From Oopsacas minuta (taxonomy: Eukaryota; Animalia; Porifera): a stretch of DNA of 64,000 nt. Under the pieces are notes generated by a model that saw only the letters and a list, made by a program, of their open reading frames with translations, searched no databases and was not told the DNA's origin. Of this stretch, positions 1 to 12,060 are shown piece after piece; position 1 is the first letter of the stretch; the number at the start of each line of letters is the position of its first letter. The stretch is taken from positions 558,001-622,000 of the forward strand of contig JAKMXF010000343.1 in assembly GCA_024704765.1 (NCBI GenBank), given 5' to 3'. Made by a program: the position numbers and the translations under genes.

Positions 1-675
1 TCTGTACAGGGCAGGGACTAAGTAGATTTGTACATTGATTTTAGTTTAGATAAACTTACTGATTGTGTGAGCCCAATAACCTAAACTATTAAAGCATGTA
101 CATTTTGTGTGTAAATCAAAAGTTCTTCTTCAAGCATACACGGATTTTCAGTACAGCCTATATATACTTTTAGCTTTTGTCACTTCAGAATTATTATTTG
201 ATACACCTCAACGATATTTGAGTAAATATCGGTAAAATGATAATAATTACTATTTACAGATTAAAGATGGTATGCATAGGTTCTGCATGACATATAATGC
301 TTGAGGCACAACTTAGTTCATGTATATATTCACGCGTATATTGATTCCCTTGAACCGGACCGCATGGAGCGAGAAGAGATCTTATGGGTGCACAGGGTTC
401 TGGCGAATGCAATGGAGAAATGAGAAATCCACACAGGGATATGACACAAATGGGTTTGCACCTAGCAGGTATGCATATCATAAAAAGATATAAAATATAC
501 GTATGAAGGTTTGTATTGATTATAGAAAAGCTTTTGAAATAATTTCAGATTGTCTGACTAGTCTGTATCTGGTAAAGAGAGAGTCAAAATTGGTGAGCAC
601 AGCCCCGGGAAATTTTGGCTCCCCATAAGCCCTCTCGACGTTCCTGGTGTACTGTACCTTAAGTAATCTAATTAC

Positions 676-978
676 CTGTATTTGGGTCAATGTCGGGTAT
701 TACAGCTGTATAGGTCCTATTCATCCCACCACTCTCTGTAACTTCACAGCTGTATGATCCAGGTTGAGTAGTGTAAACTTGTATAGTACTAATTCCTGTA
801 TTAGGATCAGTTGTAGAAGTGAGATCAGTTCTGATACCAGATAGATCTACATAACTCCACATCACTTCTGGTGTGTTCATATTCTCTGTAATACAGTAGA
901 GAGTAGTGTCTGTTGTTAGAATTGTATTGTCTGATAATGCAGAGTATGATGATGCTATTACTTCTCCGAATACGTCCA
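676..978 (-). CDS. Gene A Ig-like exon
   Basis: 303 nt; LYC...VMWSY...GSYSCEV gives the Ig Cys-Trp-Cys pattern. Confidence 0.85.
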
Positions 979-3900
979 CTAAAGGATAACAAGCAATATA
1001 TATAATATAAACGTCCCACGTACATCAAATATTGGCAATTATTCCTTAAACAAGTCTTACAACTTGGACTACATATTCCAAATTTCTGACTATAGAATTA
1101 TTCAAATTACAAAAACACTTACATTTAGTACCACAGAAGTAGCAAGGCAGTATGTCTGTACATGGTGTATCATTCCAAGTGTCTAAAATATTCGTAGTAT
1201 GTACACATTGTTCAGGAGGTCCACCATTGGGCTGACCAGTATCAAATCTCCTGAAATTATTGACAGTACCATCTGCCCAAGTAAATCTCCCGTTAATGTC
1301 TGTCTCCCTCAATCCTATCCAACATTCTATTGAGCCAGTATTTATGCTAAACAACAAGTTATTCTGTTCACTTGATGATATTGTAACTAGGTCATAACCA
1401 CTTGAAACACATTGTAGTCTAGAATCTTCCCAGTCGAGTGAGCCTGTGAAATAATTGATACATGTCCCATCACTTGATATAGCATCACATCCACTTGTAG
1501 GCACTACAATACAAAGAAAGCATGTGAATGCTAAGTATGAGTCTAATATAGTCCGCAAAGATTCAAAATTACGAACAATGTACTCTACCTGTAGTTGGGT
1601 CAGTGTCGGGTATTACAGCTGTATAGGTTTCATTCATCCCTCCACTCTCTGTAACTTCACAGCTGTAGTATCCAGGCTGAGTAGTGTACACTGTCATAGT
1701 ACTAACTCCTGTATTAGGATCAGTTGTAGAAGTGAGATCAGTTCTGATACCAAATAGATCTACATAACTCCACATCACTTCTGGTGTGTTCATATTCTCT
1801 GTAATACAGTAGAGAGTAGTGTCTGACGTTAGAATTGTATTGTCTGATAATGCAGAGTATGTTGATGCTATTACTTCTCCGAATACGTCCACTAAAGCAT
1901 AACAAGCAATATATATATAATACAAACGTCTCACGTACATCATAATTGGCGAGTATTCCGTAAACAAGTATTACATTTCGGGCTACACATTCCAAATTTC
2001 TGACTATCGAATTATTTAAACAAGCAAGCTACGCTTACTTGCGTTTCGTGGCAAGCGAAGTACTCTAGTAAGCGTGCCCATCGTATTCTGTATATTTACA
2101 TTTGAACACATGCATATCAACCATTTACATTTCTCATAATACAGGGCCGTAGCCACTAAAATAAAGCGGTCAGGTTAACTTGACAAACCTGACTGAGTAG
2201 TCAGGTTAATCTAACCAACCTGATTGATTGGTACCATATTGTGGAAATTCAGTAACTAAAAGTGGTCAGGTTGAAACTTGACCAGTGGCTACGGCCCTGT
2301 AATAGCATTACATTGGCCACAAATTCATCATATTATTAAATCTCAGAGATTGTCTGTCTGTCTGTCCGTTGTCAAGAAAAGGATTTACGGTATGCAATTT
2401 TGAAATTATCGCATCACTATGTACGTATTCATCGTGTTTATCAAGGAAGTAAATAGAATTCAATAAAACTAAATTAAATATATCGAACATGCTGAATCCG
2501 ATTTTCACACTTGAGGATTGATCATAAGTAAATATACTGTTGTTTTTATGATTATAAGTAAACAAATTTGAAAATTGAGGTAGAATCAGACTTTCAACGA
2601 CTATACTGGGGTAATCGAGTATGCTGAGTCTGATTATTGTAAACAACATCAATAGTATTTAATCTCAATTGTTGTTTGTCTGATTGTTTGTCCGTTGAAT
2701 ACCTCGAGGCGGAATGCTCCGAGTTCATCATGAAGCGATGAGCCAAAGGCTCGTTAATCATGAATTCCACATAACATAATTAGGTAAACGTTTATGGAAA
2801 TGATCAATGATTTATCTACATAACTTTCACCGCTTGAGTATTTGAACTACTCAATATAAGCCGTAATATAATTTCTACGTACCGTAATTCAATTCACAAA
2901 CCTAGATACAGGTTTAGGAAATTGGCATTTGAATAATTGATACAATAGAGTCTTCAATGTAGTGGGTTACATAACATAGTTACAGGTTTAACAAATTTGA
3001 ATTTGAAAAATGTTGCGCAATTGGAACCATTGCATCCTAATTGGACTGGGTTAGAGCCTATATCATATGATTACTACAATTGGTAAAGTCTCGAATCTGA
3101 AAGGTCAATACATTTTGACACCTATCTCAGAGAGTTTTTGAGGTAGCACTTAGATCTTATAACTTGTTCCTAGATGTATTCCAATCCACATACGTGCCAA
3201 ATTAGAAGTTTGTAGTTATTACCAGTTCCTCAATCAATTCCGAACAAAAAATAAAAAGAACCATCCACAAATGAATATAAAAACACTTACATTTGGTACC
3301 ACAGAAGTAGCAAGGCAATATGTCTGTACATGGTGTATCATTCCAAGTGTCTAAGAAATTCGTAGTATGTACACATTGTTCAGGAGGTCCACCATTGGGC
3401 TGACCAGTATCAAATCTCCTGAAATTATTGACAGTACCATCTGCCCAAGTAAATCTCGCGTTAATGTCTGTCTCCCTCAATCCTATCCAACATTCTATTG
3501 AGCTAGTATTTATGCTAAACAACAAGTTATTCTGTTCACTTGATGATATTGTAACTAGGTCATAACCACTTGAAACACATTGTAGTCTAGAATCTTCCCA
3601 GTCGAGTGAGCCTGTGAAATAATTGATACATGTCCCATCACTTGAAATAGCATCACATCCACTTGTAGGCACTACAATACAAAGAAAGCATGTGAATGGT
3701 AAGTATGAGTCTAATATAGTCCACAAAGATTAAAAATTACGAACAATGTACTCTACCTGTAGTTGGGTCAGTATCGGGTATTACAGCTGTATAGGTTCTA
3801 TTCATCCCTCCACTCTCTGTAACTTCACAGCTATAGTATCCAGGCTGAGTAGTGTACACTTGTATAGTACTAACTCCTGTATTAGGATCAGTTGTAGAAG

Positions 3901-6900
3901 TGAGATCAGTACTGATACCAAATAGATCTACATAACTCCACATCACTTCTGGTGTGTTCATATTCTCTGTAATACAGTAGAGAGTAGTGTCTGATGTTAG
4001 AATTGTATTGTCGGATAATGGTGAGTATGATGATGCTATTACTTCTCCAAACACATTCACTACAGGACAACATACCAAAATGGTATATCAAACCGCATAT
4101 AAACTTATTAATTACTTACACTTAGTTCCACAGAAGTAGCAATTATATGGATCATCGCAGATGCCATCATTCCAAGTTTCAGTGGGCAGATTCCATGTTT
4201 GTACACAGTTTGCAATTGTTCCGCCATTAGGTTCGTTAACATGAAATTGTCTAAACGTACTATTACTACCATCTACCCAAACAAATGTCCCTTCATTCTC
4301 TATATCATTGAGTCCTATCCAACACTGAAATGAAGGACCACTTATAATACTATATAACAATGAATTCTCCTCAGACGATGACACTGAGGCTAAGTCGTAG
4401 CCTCTTGAAAGACACTGTAGTCTAGATTCTTCCCAGCTAATAATACCAGAACTTGTCCAATATGTGAAACATGTCCCTTCAGTTGATATTGCATCACAGC
4501 CGGTTGTAGGCACTACAATACGTATTTATAATGAGAGGATCAATTTTATTGGTCATATCCTGTATACATACATATATATGATTAAACCTCGTAAAAATAA
4601 GAAAGACTATAGCAAGAACTAATACAGTCAACATAACGTAACTCGAGCCCTCATAGAAATCAAAGTATTATCGCGATAGCGGATAAGGAGCACAAATATT
4701 GGAGGTCCCTGGTGTACGTATTAACGAGAACCTATTGGAAAATGTAATGTAATTTACCTGGATTTGGATTCGCGTCAAATATTACAGCTGTATAAGTTCT
4801 ATTCATCCCTCCATTCTCTGTAACTTCACAGCTGTATGATCCTGGCTGATTAGTGTAAACTTGTATAGTACTAACTCCTGTATTAGGATCAGTTGTAGAA
4901 GTGAGATCAGTACTGATACCAAATAGATCTACATAACTCCACATCACTTCTGGTGTGTTCATATTCTCTGTAACACAGTAGAGAGTAGTGTTTGATGTTA
5001 GAATTGTATTGTCTGATAATGGTGAGTATGATGATGCTATTACTTCTCCAAACACATTCACTACAGGACAACATACCAAAATGGTATATCAAACCGCATA
5101 TAAACTTATTAATTACTTACACTTAGTTCCACAGAAGTAGCAATTATATGGATCATCGCAGATGCCATCATTCCAAGTTTCAGTGGGCAGATTCCATGTT
5201 TGTACACAGTTTGCAATTGTTCCGCCATTAGGTTCGTTAACATGAAATTGTCTAAACGTACTATTACTACCATCTACCCAAACAAATGTCCCTTCGTTCT
5301 CTATATCATTGAGTCCTATCCAACACTGAAATGAAGGACCACTTATAATACTATATAACAATGAATTCTCCTCAGACGATGACACTGAGGCTAAGTCGTA
5401 GCCTCTTGAAAGACACTGTAGTCTAGATTCTTCCCAGCTAATAATACCAGAACTTGTCCAATATGTGAAACATGTCCCTTCAGTTGATATTGCATCACAG
5501 CCGGTTGTAGGCACTACAATACGTATTTATAATGAGAGGATCAATTTTATTGGTCATATCCTGTATACATACATATATATGATTAAACCTCGTAAAAATA
5601 AGAAAGACTATAGCAAGAACTAATACAGTCAACATAACGTAACTCGAGCCCTCATAGAAATCAAAGTATTATCGCGATAGCGGATAAGGAGCACAAATAT
5701 TGGAGGTCCCTGGTGTACGTATTAACGAGAACCTATTGGAAAATGTAATGTAATTTACCTGGATTTGGATTCGCGTCAAATATTACAGCTGTATAAGTTC
5801 TATTCATCCCTCCATTCTCTGTAACTTCACAGCTGTATGATCCTGGCTGATTAGTGTAAACTTGTATAGTACTAACTCCTGTATTAGGATCAGTTGTAGA
5901 AGTGAGATCAGTACTGATACCAAATAGATCTACATAACTCCACATCACTTCTGGTGTGTTCATATTCTCTGTAACACAGTAGAGAGTAGTGTTTGATGTT
6001 AGAATTGTATTGTCTGATAATGGTGAGTATGATGATGCTATTACTTCTCCAAACACATTCACTACAGGACAACATACCAAAATGGTATATCAAACCGCAT
6101 ATAAACTTATTAATTACTTACACTTAGTTCCACAGAAGTAGCAATTATATGGATCATCGCAGATGCCATCATTCCAAGTTTCAGTGGGCAGATTCCATGT
6201 TTGTACACAGTTTGCAATTGTTCCGCCATTAGGTTCGTTAACATGAAATTGTCTAAACGTACTATTACTACCATCTACCCAAACAAATGTCCCTTCATTC
6301 TCTATATCATTGAGTCCTATCCAACACTGAAATGAAGGACCACTTATAATACTATATAACAATGAATTCTCCTCAGACGATGACACTGAGGCTAAGTCGT
6401 AGCCTCTTGAAAGACACTGTAGTCTAGATTCTTCCCAGCTAATAATACCAGAACTTGTCCAATATGTGAAACATGTCCTTTCAGTTGATATTGCATCACA
6501 GCCGGTTGTAGGCACTACAATACGTATTTATAATGAGAGGATCAATTTTATTGGTCATATCCTGTATACATACATATATATGATTAAACCTCATAAAAAT
6601 AAGAAAGACTATAGCGGGAACTAATACAGTCAACATGCCGTAACTCGAGCCCTCATAGAAATCAAAGTATTATCGCGATAGCGGATAAGGAGCACAAATA
6701 TTGGAGGTCCCTGGTGTACGTATTAACGAGAACCTATTGGAAAATGTTATGTAATTTACCTGAATTTGGATTTGCGTCAAATATTACAGCTGTATAAGTT
6801 CTACTCATCCCTCCACTCTCTGTAACTTCACAGCTGTATGATCCTGGCTGATTAGTGTAAACTTGTATAGTGCTAATTCCTGTATTAGGATCAGTTGTAG

Positions 6901-9900
6901 AAGTGAGATCAGTACTGATACCAAATAGATCTACATAACTCCACATCACTTCTGGTGTGTTCATATTCTCTGTAACACAGTAGAGAGTAGTGTTTGATGT
7001 TAGAATTGTATTGTCTGATAATGGTGAGTATGATGATGCTATTACTTCTCCAAACACATTCACTAAAGGATAACATACCAAAGGATAAGTCCACCTGATA
7101 TGATACAACTTTGTTGTAAGCAGCAAGAAGATACAAATATATTTCATGTAATATTATTTCAGGGAAATACAATATATTCCTAATCCCAGTTAACAATCAA
7201 TTTTGTATGTAGTTCATGCTACTAGAGGTCACAAGTCCGAGCAGGAGCCACTCTTGTCAGGTTAAATCGGCCATCAAATTTGAAATAATTTAATCCATTC
7301 CTTTACGTGATAAATATCATGACTGATATTATTATACTGAATGATAGGATCAATACACATATTAATTTTAGAAATATACTAAACCTTGTTGGTTTATGCG
7401 TCATGTTGGGCTGGCTAGTGCCGATAAACTCCGCATGTATGTACTCTACTTACTATACACTGTCCAACAAAAATAAATATATAATATTGTATACAGGGCC
7501 GCTCCCAGGAATCTTTAGTGGGGTGTGAGCAAAGGAAGATTTGGGGCAAAGTCTCCAACAAATTTTTTGATAAATACTGTGAAAAAATTTTCAATACAAA
7601 TGTCGACTTAACCTGAAGATATTATCTATTGAGCTCAAAAGGACGGATTATTTGAAGTATACTTCGAAACGAATAGCGACTGGCTAAAGGGTCGTGACTG
7701 GGGATAATTCCTCCAGTATTAAATCACTAATTTCTCTTCTGAACAATTCAAATATACAAATATAAGCATTTACCTTTAATGCTACAGAAATAGCAACTCA
7801 GAGTATGTCCTATACATTGATGATCATTCCAGCGACTATTCGTTCTAAATTCTACACAGTTATATATCGATCCGGGATCATGGGGCTCATTAGTATCAAA
7901 ATTTCTATACGTACTATCACTGCCATCTACCCAAACAAATGTCCCTTCATTAGCTATATCATTGAGTCCTATCCAACAAGTACTAGTTCCTGTAAGTAGG
8001 CTTAACGACAGTGCATTCTCTTCAGATGATGATATTGTAGCTAGGTCGTAACCGCTCGAAAGACACTGTTGTCTAGAATCTACCCAGTTAATAGGAGAGC
8101 TTTGGAAATACCTGAAACATGTACCTTCATTTGATATTGCACCACATCCACTTGAAGGAACTACAATACAGAGGACATAAGATTGATACCATATCGATAT
8201 CGGTTAAAATTATCCGATACGATACATATCTGTACTATTTTTATGAAAATAGAAAACATATCGAAATATCTGATATATCTAAACTATCGGAAGTATCAGT
8301 AAATTGTCGAATATTGGAAAATATTGGAAATATCAGAAATATACTTTGGGAATTTTGTTCAGTAAGGACCATTTGAACACTATATCAATCTGTCTTGTTT
8401 AAGAAATATACCAATATGTTGTTGTAACGAAATTGAATACGTATTTTACACCATAATCCACATAGAAATTGAGGCAAACATATCTTGTAGCTGTTGCAGA
8501 GGTGAACCTCTTGCCACTGACAAAATTTGAAATATTTCATTTCGAATATTGAATAGGCTCCGTAGTCATTTGGTGCATATCATATATGGAAAGGGAGGTA
8601 TATCAATATTATTCAATGTCGATTGTTGTTTGTTTGTTTGTTTGTCGGTTGTCAAGGAAAGGATATAAGGCATGCAATTTTGAAATTGTCGCATAACTAT
8701 GTATTTTGGTATTGTAAACAACATCAATAGTATTAAATCTCAGTTGTTGTCTGTCCGTTGATATCGATATATATTGTTTTATGAATAGGATTGGTCTAAA
8801 CGGTTACCCAGGGGTAACTAAGTACACTGAATTCGAAATTCGCAATTTCAAGGTTCTAATATGAAAATGTATTGTTGAATATATAGGAAAAAATTAGCAA
8901 AATCTCAAAACGTAGATACTTGCTCTCATCGGCTATAATGGGGGTTGAAATCAAAATCTGATCGAGATAGCCGGATAGGGAGTACGAATATTGGATGTCC
9001 TCTGGTGTACGTATTAACGAAAGTCTATTGTAAAAAGGAATGGAATTTACCTGGATTTGGATTTAAGTCAAATATTACAGCTGTATAGGTCCCAACTACC
9101 CCTCCATCCTCAGTGACTTCACAGCTGTATGATCCAGGCTGAGTAGTGTACACTTGTATAGTACTAACTCCTGTAGTAGGATCAGTTGTAGAAGTGAGAT
9201 CAGTTCTGATACCAGATAGATCTACATAACTCCACATCACTTCTGGTGTGTTCATATTCTCTGTAACACAGTAGAGTGTAGTGTCTGATGTTAGAATTGA
9301 ATTGTCTGATAATGCAGAGTATGTTGAGCCAGTAACTTCTCCAAACACATTCACTAAAGGATAACATACCAAAGGGATAAGTCCACCTGATACGATACAA
9401 CTTTGTTGTATGCAACAAGAAATGTACATACATTTATGTAACAAAATTTCAGGAAAATACAATATTTTCCTAATTCCATGAAACAATGAATGTTGCATGC
9501 AATTCATGCTACTAGAGATCACAAGTCCGAGCCCGAGGCACTTTTGTCAGGATATACCGGCCATCAAATATGAAATAATGTAATTTATTCCTTTACTTAA
9601 TTCATTAGTATCAAGAACTATCTGATTAATAAATTTATTCATTTTAGAAATATACTAAACCTTATTGGTTTTATGCGTTATGTTGGGCTGGCTCGTGCCG
9701 ATAAACTCCCTCTGTTCATCCTCTACTTACAATACACGGTCCAACAAAATTAAATATATAATAATGTATGCAGGGCCGCTTCAAGAAATCTTTAGTGCGG
9801 TGTGCGAGCAAAGGAACATTTAGGGCAAAGTTTCCAACAAATTTTATGACAAATATTGTGGAATAATTTTCGAAATAAATATCGACTTAAACTGAAGATA

Positions 9901-11930
9901 TTATCTATGAACTCAAAAGGACGGATTATTTGAAGTATACTTCGAAACGAATAGCGACTGGCTAAAGGGTCGTGATTGGGGATAATTCCTCCAGTATTAA
10001 ATCACTAATTTCTGTGTTGAGAAATTCAAATATACAAATATAATCATTTACCTTTAATGCTACAGAAATAGCAAGCCAGAGTCTGTCCTATACATTGATG
10101 ATCATTCCAGCGACCACTCGATCTTGTGTGTACACAGCTTTCTGACGATCCACCATTGGGCTCATTAGTATCAAAATTTCTATACGTACTATCACTGCCA
10201 TCTACCCAAACAAATGTCCCCTCATTATCTATATCATTGAGTCCTATCCAACAATCAGTAGTTCCTGTAACTAGGCTTAACCACAGTGCATTCTCTTCAG
10301 ATGATGATATTGTAGCTAGGTCGTAACCGCTCGAAAGACACTGTTGTCTAGAATCTACCCAGTTAATAGGAGAGCTTTGGAAATACCTGAAACATGTACC
10401 TTCATTTGATATTCCACCACATCCACTTGAAGGAACTACAATACAGAGGATATAAGATTGATAACATATCGATATCGGTTAAAATTATCCGATACGATAC
10501 ATATCTGTACGATTTTTATGAAAATAGAAACACATCGAAATATCTGATATATCTAAACTATCGGAAGTATCAGTAAATTGTCGAATATTGGAAAATATTG
10601 GAATATCAGAAATATACTTTGGGAATTTCGTTCAGTAAGGACCATTTGAACACTATATCAATCTGTCTTGTTTAAGAAATATACCAATATGTTGTTGTAA
10701 CTAATTGAATACGTATTTTACACCATAATCCACATAGAAATTGAGGCAATCTTGTAGCCATTGCAGAGGTGAACCTCTTGCCACTGACAAAATTTGAAAT
10801 ATTTCATTTCGAATATTGAATAGGCTCCGTAGTCATTTGGTGCATATCATATATGGAAGGGAGATATATCAATATTATTCAATGTCGATTGTTGTTTGTT
10901 TGTTTGTTTGTCGGTTGTCAAGGAAAGGATATAAGGCATGCAATTTTGAAATTGTCGCATAACTATGTATTTTGGTATTGTAAACAACATCAATAGTATT
11001 AAATCTCAGTTGTTGTTTGTTTGTTTGTTTGTCCGTTGATATCTATTTATATTGTTTTATGAATAGGCTTGCTCTAAACGGTTACCCAGGGGGTAACTAA
11101 GTATACTGAATCCGGGATTCGCATTTTCAAGGTTCTCATATATGAAGTTATAGTTGTTTCTATGAATTTATAAAGGAAATACAAAGTTGAATCCTAAAAT
11201 ATAATTATAGACTTGCTCTTAACGGCTATAGGTGGCTATCAAAGGATGCTGAATTCTAATTTTGCATATTCAAGTTTATCTTAAATTCTTTGTGTTTTTA
11301 TGACTATAAAGTAAACAAATAGTTGAAATATTTATTTATTAATTCAATTTTGCATTTTATACTTTACTAAATTTGAGGCATAAAGTGCCAAGTCACTACC
11401 TGTTCGAAAGCCGCGGAGCGCGAGCAAGCTAAGCTGCTCGTAATTCAGGGCTGTATCAATTCATATTGAGTTGACATAATAAGCTAATTTTCTTGAATGA
11501 ATTGAATGAGTTGAAAGAGTTTACAACACTAATTAGGCCAGGAGGTATTAAAAGTAGGTACATTATCTGTTCTAAGAATTGGAAATCATCTAAGGAAATA
11601 ATGTACAATGTATACATTACTTCAGTCGTAACAGCAATGCATCAGTTATAAAGTTAGAAACTCAATATTTCGAATTTAACACTCGGTTATTAAATGAGTT
11701 GGTAAAATAAACACAGAATTTTGAATGAGATTAATGGGTTGGTGAAAGAAAAGTAAACGAGTTGGAAGACAAATATTGAGGTTTTTGCCAACTCAAAATG
11801 AGTTGATACAGCACTGCCGGGCTCGTATACATAATAATTATCAAATGAACACAATATACTTACCTTGTGAGTAGACTAGCGTGTGCAACTGAAGTGCCAA
11901 TATCGATAAAATGAAATATAGATGCTTCAT
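676..11930 (-). CDS. Receptor gene A (multi-exon): SP-(CTL-Ig)x>=7, 3' end beyond left edge
   Basis: 15 exons with GT-AG ends, all phase 1, no stops found; the intron at 1-675 is the reverse complement of the gene B intron preceding a CTL exon, so the gene continues off-window. Confidence 0.85.
1123..1503 (-). CDS. Gene A C-type lectin exon (QPN class)
   Basis: 381 nt; CWIGL, GQPN, WND, conserved Cys. Confidence 0.9.
1589..1891 (-). CDS. Gene A Ig-like exon
   Basis: 303 nt, AG/GT bounded. Confidence 0.85.
2142..2299. mobile_element. 158-bp MITE (second copy 53403..53560)
   Basis: 16-bp TIR cagggccgtagccact/agtggctacggccctg, internal caggtt repeats. Confidence 0.75.
2334..2756 (+). mobile_element. 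Non-autonomous Helitron-like dispersed repeat (copy at about 53595..54015)
   Basis: aaatctca...(ctgt/gttt)n-ccgttg 5' motif; 3' hairpin gagcc-aaa-ggctc followed by gt; boundaries approximate. Confidence 0.5.
3291..3671 (-). CDS. Gene A C-type lectin exon (QPN class)
   Basis: 381 nt; WIGL/QPN/WND. Confidence 0.9.
3757..4059 (-). CDS. Gene A Ig-like exon
   Basis: 303 nt, AG/GT bounded. Confidence 0.85.
4120..4512 (-). CDS. Gene A C-type lectin exon (EPN class)
   Basis: 393 nt; CWIGL, NEPN, WND. Confidence 0.9.
4758..5060 (-). CDS. Gene A Ig-like exon
   Basis: 303 nt. Confidence 0.85.
5121..5513 (-). CDS. Gene A C-type lectin exon (EPN class)
   Basis: 393 nt, copy of 4120..4512. Confidence 0.9.
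5759..6061 (-). CDS. Gene A Ig-like exon
   Basis: 303 nt. Confidence 0.85.
6122..6514 (-). CDS. Gene A C-type lectin exon (EPN class)
   Basis: 393 nt; one G>R change versus sister copies. Confidence 0.9.
6760..7062 (-). CDS. Gene A Ig-like exon
   Basis: 303 nt. Confidence 0.85.
7774..8160 (-). CDS. Gene A C-type lectin exon (EPH loop; not in ORF track)
   Basis: Hand-translated 387 nt open: VPSSGCGAISNEGTCFRYF...CWIGL...NEPHDPGSIYNCVEFRTNSRWNDHQC. Confidence 0.88.
9051..9353 (-). CDS. Gene A Ig-like exon
   Basis: 303 nt. Confidence 0.85.
10052..10435 (-). CDS. Gene A first C-type lectin exon (EPN loop; not in ORF track)
   Basis: Hand-translated 384 nt open: ...CWIGL...NEPNGGSSESCVHTRSSGRWNDHQC. 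Confidence 0.88.
11446..11816. mobile_element. MITE in intron 1 (copy 58428..58789; one-ended copy from 26020)
   Basis: TIR cagggctgtatcaattcat/atgagttgatacagcactg; no TSD found. Confidence 0.6.
11864..11930 (-). CDS. Gene A signal-peptide exon
   Basis: MKHLYFILSILALQLHTLVYSQ+G then gtaagt donor, phase 1. Confidence 0.85.
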
Positions 11931-11934
11931 ATTA

Positions 11935-12060
11935 TGCGGTTTGAATTGCATCACACACTAAACCATTACTTAAATAGCTGTCCTCCTCCTCCTCCTGAAT
12001 TTGTAATTGGATCCTCTCTTTGTAGAAATCTTTTGCCGTAGGTATTTTTGCTCAATCTCA
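11935..12060 (-). promoter_or_regulatory. Putative core promoter of gene A
   Basis: TATTTAAG about 40 nt upstream of ATG, (GGA)5, CCAAT; homologous to B and C promoters. Confidence 0.5.

Larger units (their letters stand above)
3990..7062. repeat. Near-perfect tandem triplication, period 1001 bp (one CTL+Ig module)
   Basis: Identical or near-identical ORFs at 4112/5113/6114 and 4732/5733/6734; boundaries approximate. Confidence 0.95.

Noticed and set aside
254-481. 75-aa intronic ORF also open at 30732..30959
   Set aside because: About 21 of 75 residues differ with radical changes; the opposite strand looks more coding-like
825-1028. Recurring alternative-frame ORF ...LLYYREYEHTRSDVELCRSIW in every Ig exon
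   Set aside because: It recurs only because the Ig exon is duplicated; variable starts and no independent coding signal
1455-1757. Antisense ORFs over CTL/Ig exons (also 52719..53021, 8119..8376, 51165..51347)
   Set aside because: Shadow ORFs of real exons
4112-7147. Regularly spaced repeats suggesting a CRISPR-like or prokaryotic cassette array
   Set aside because: The units are 1-kb exon-intron modules with GT-AG sites, not short repeats with unique spacers
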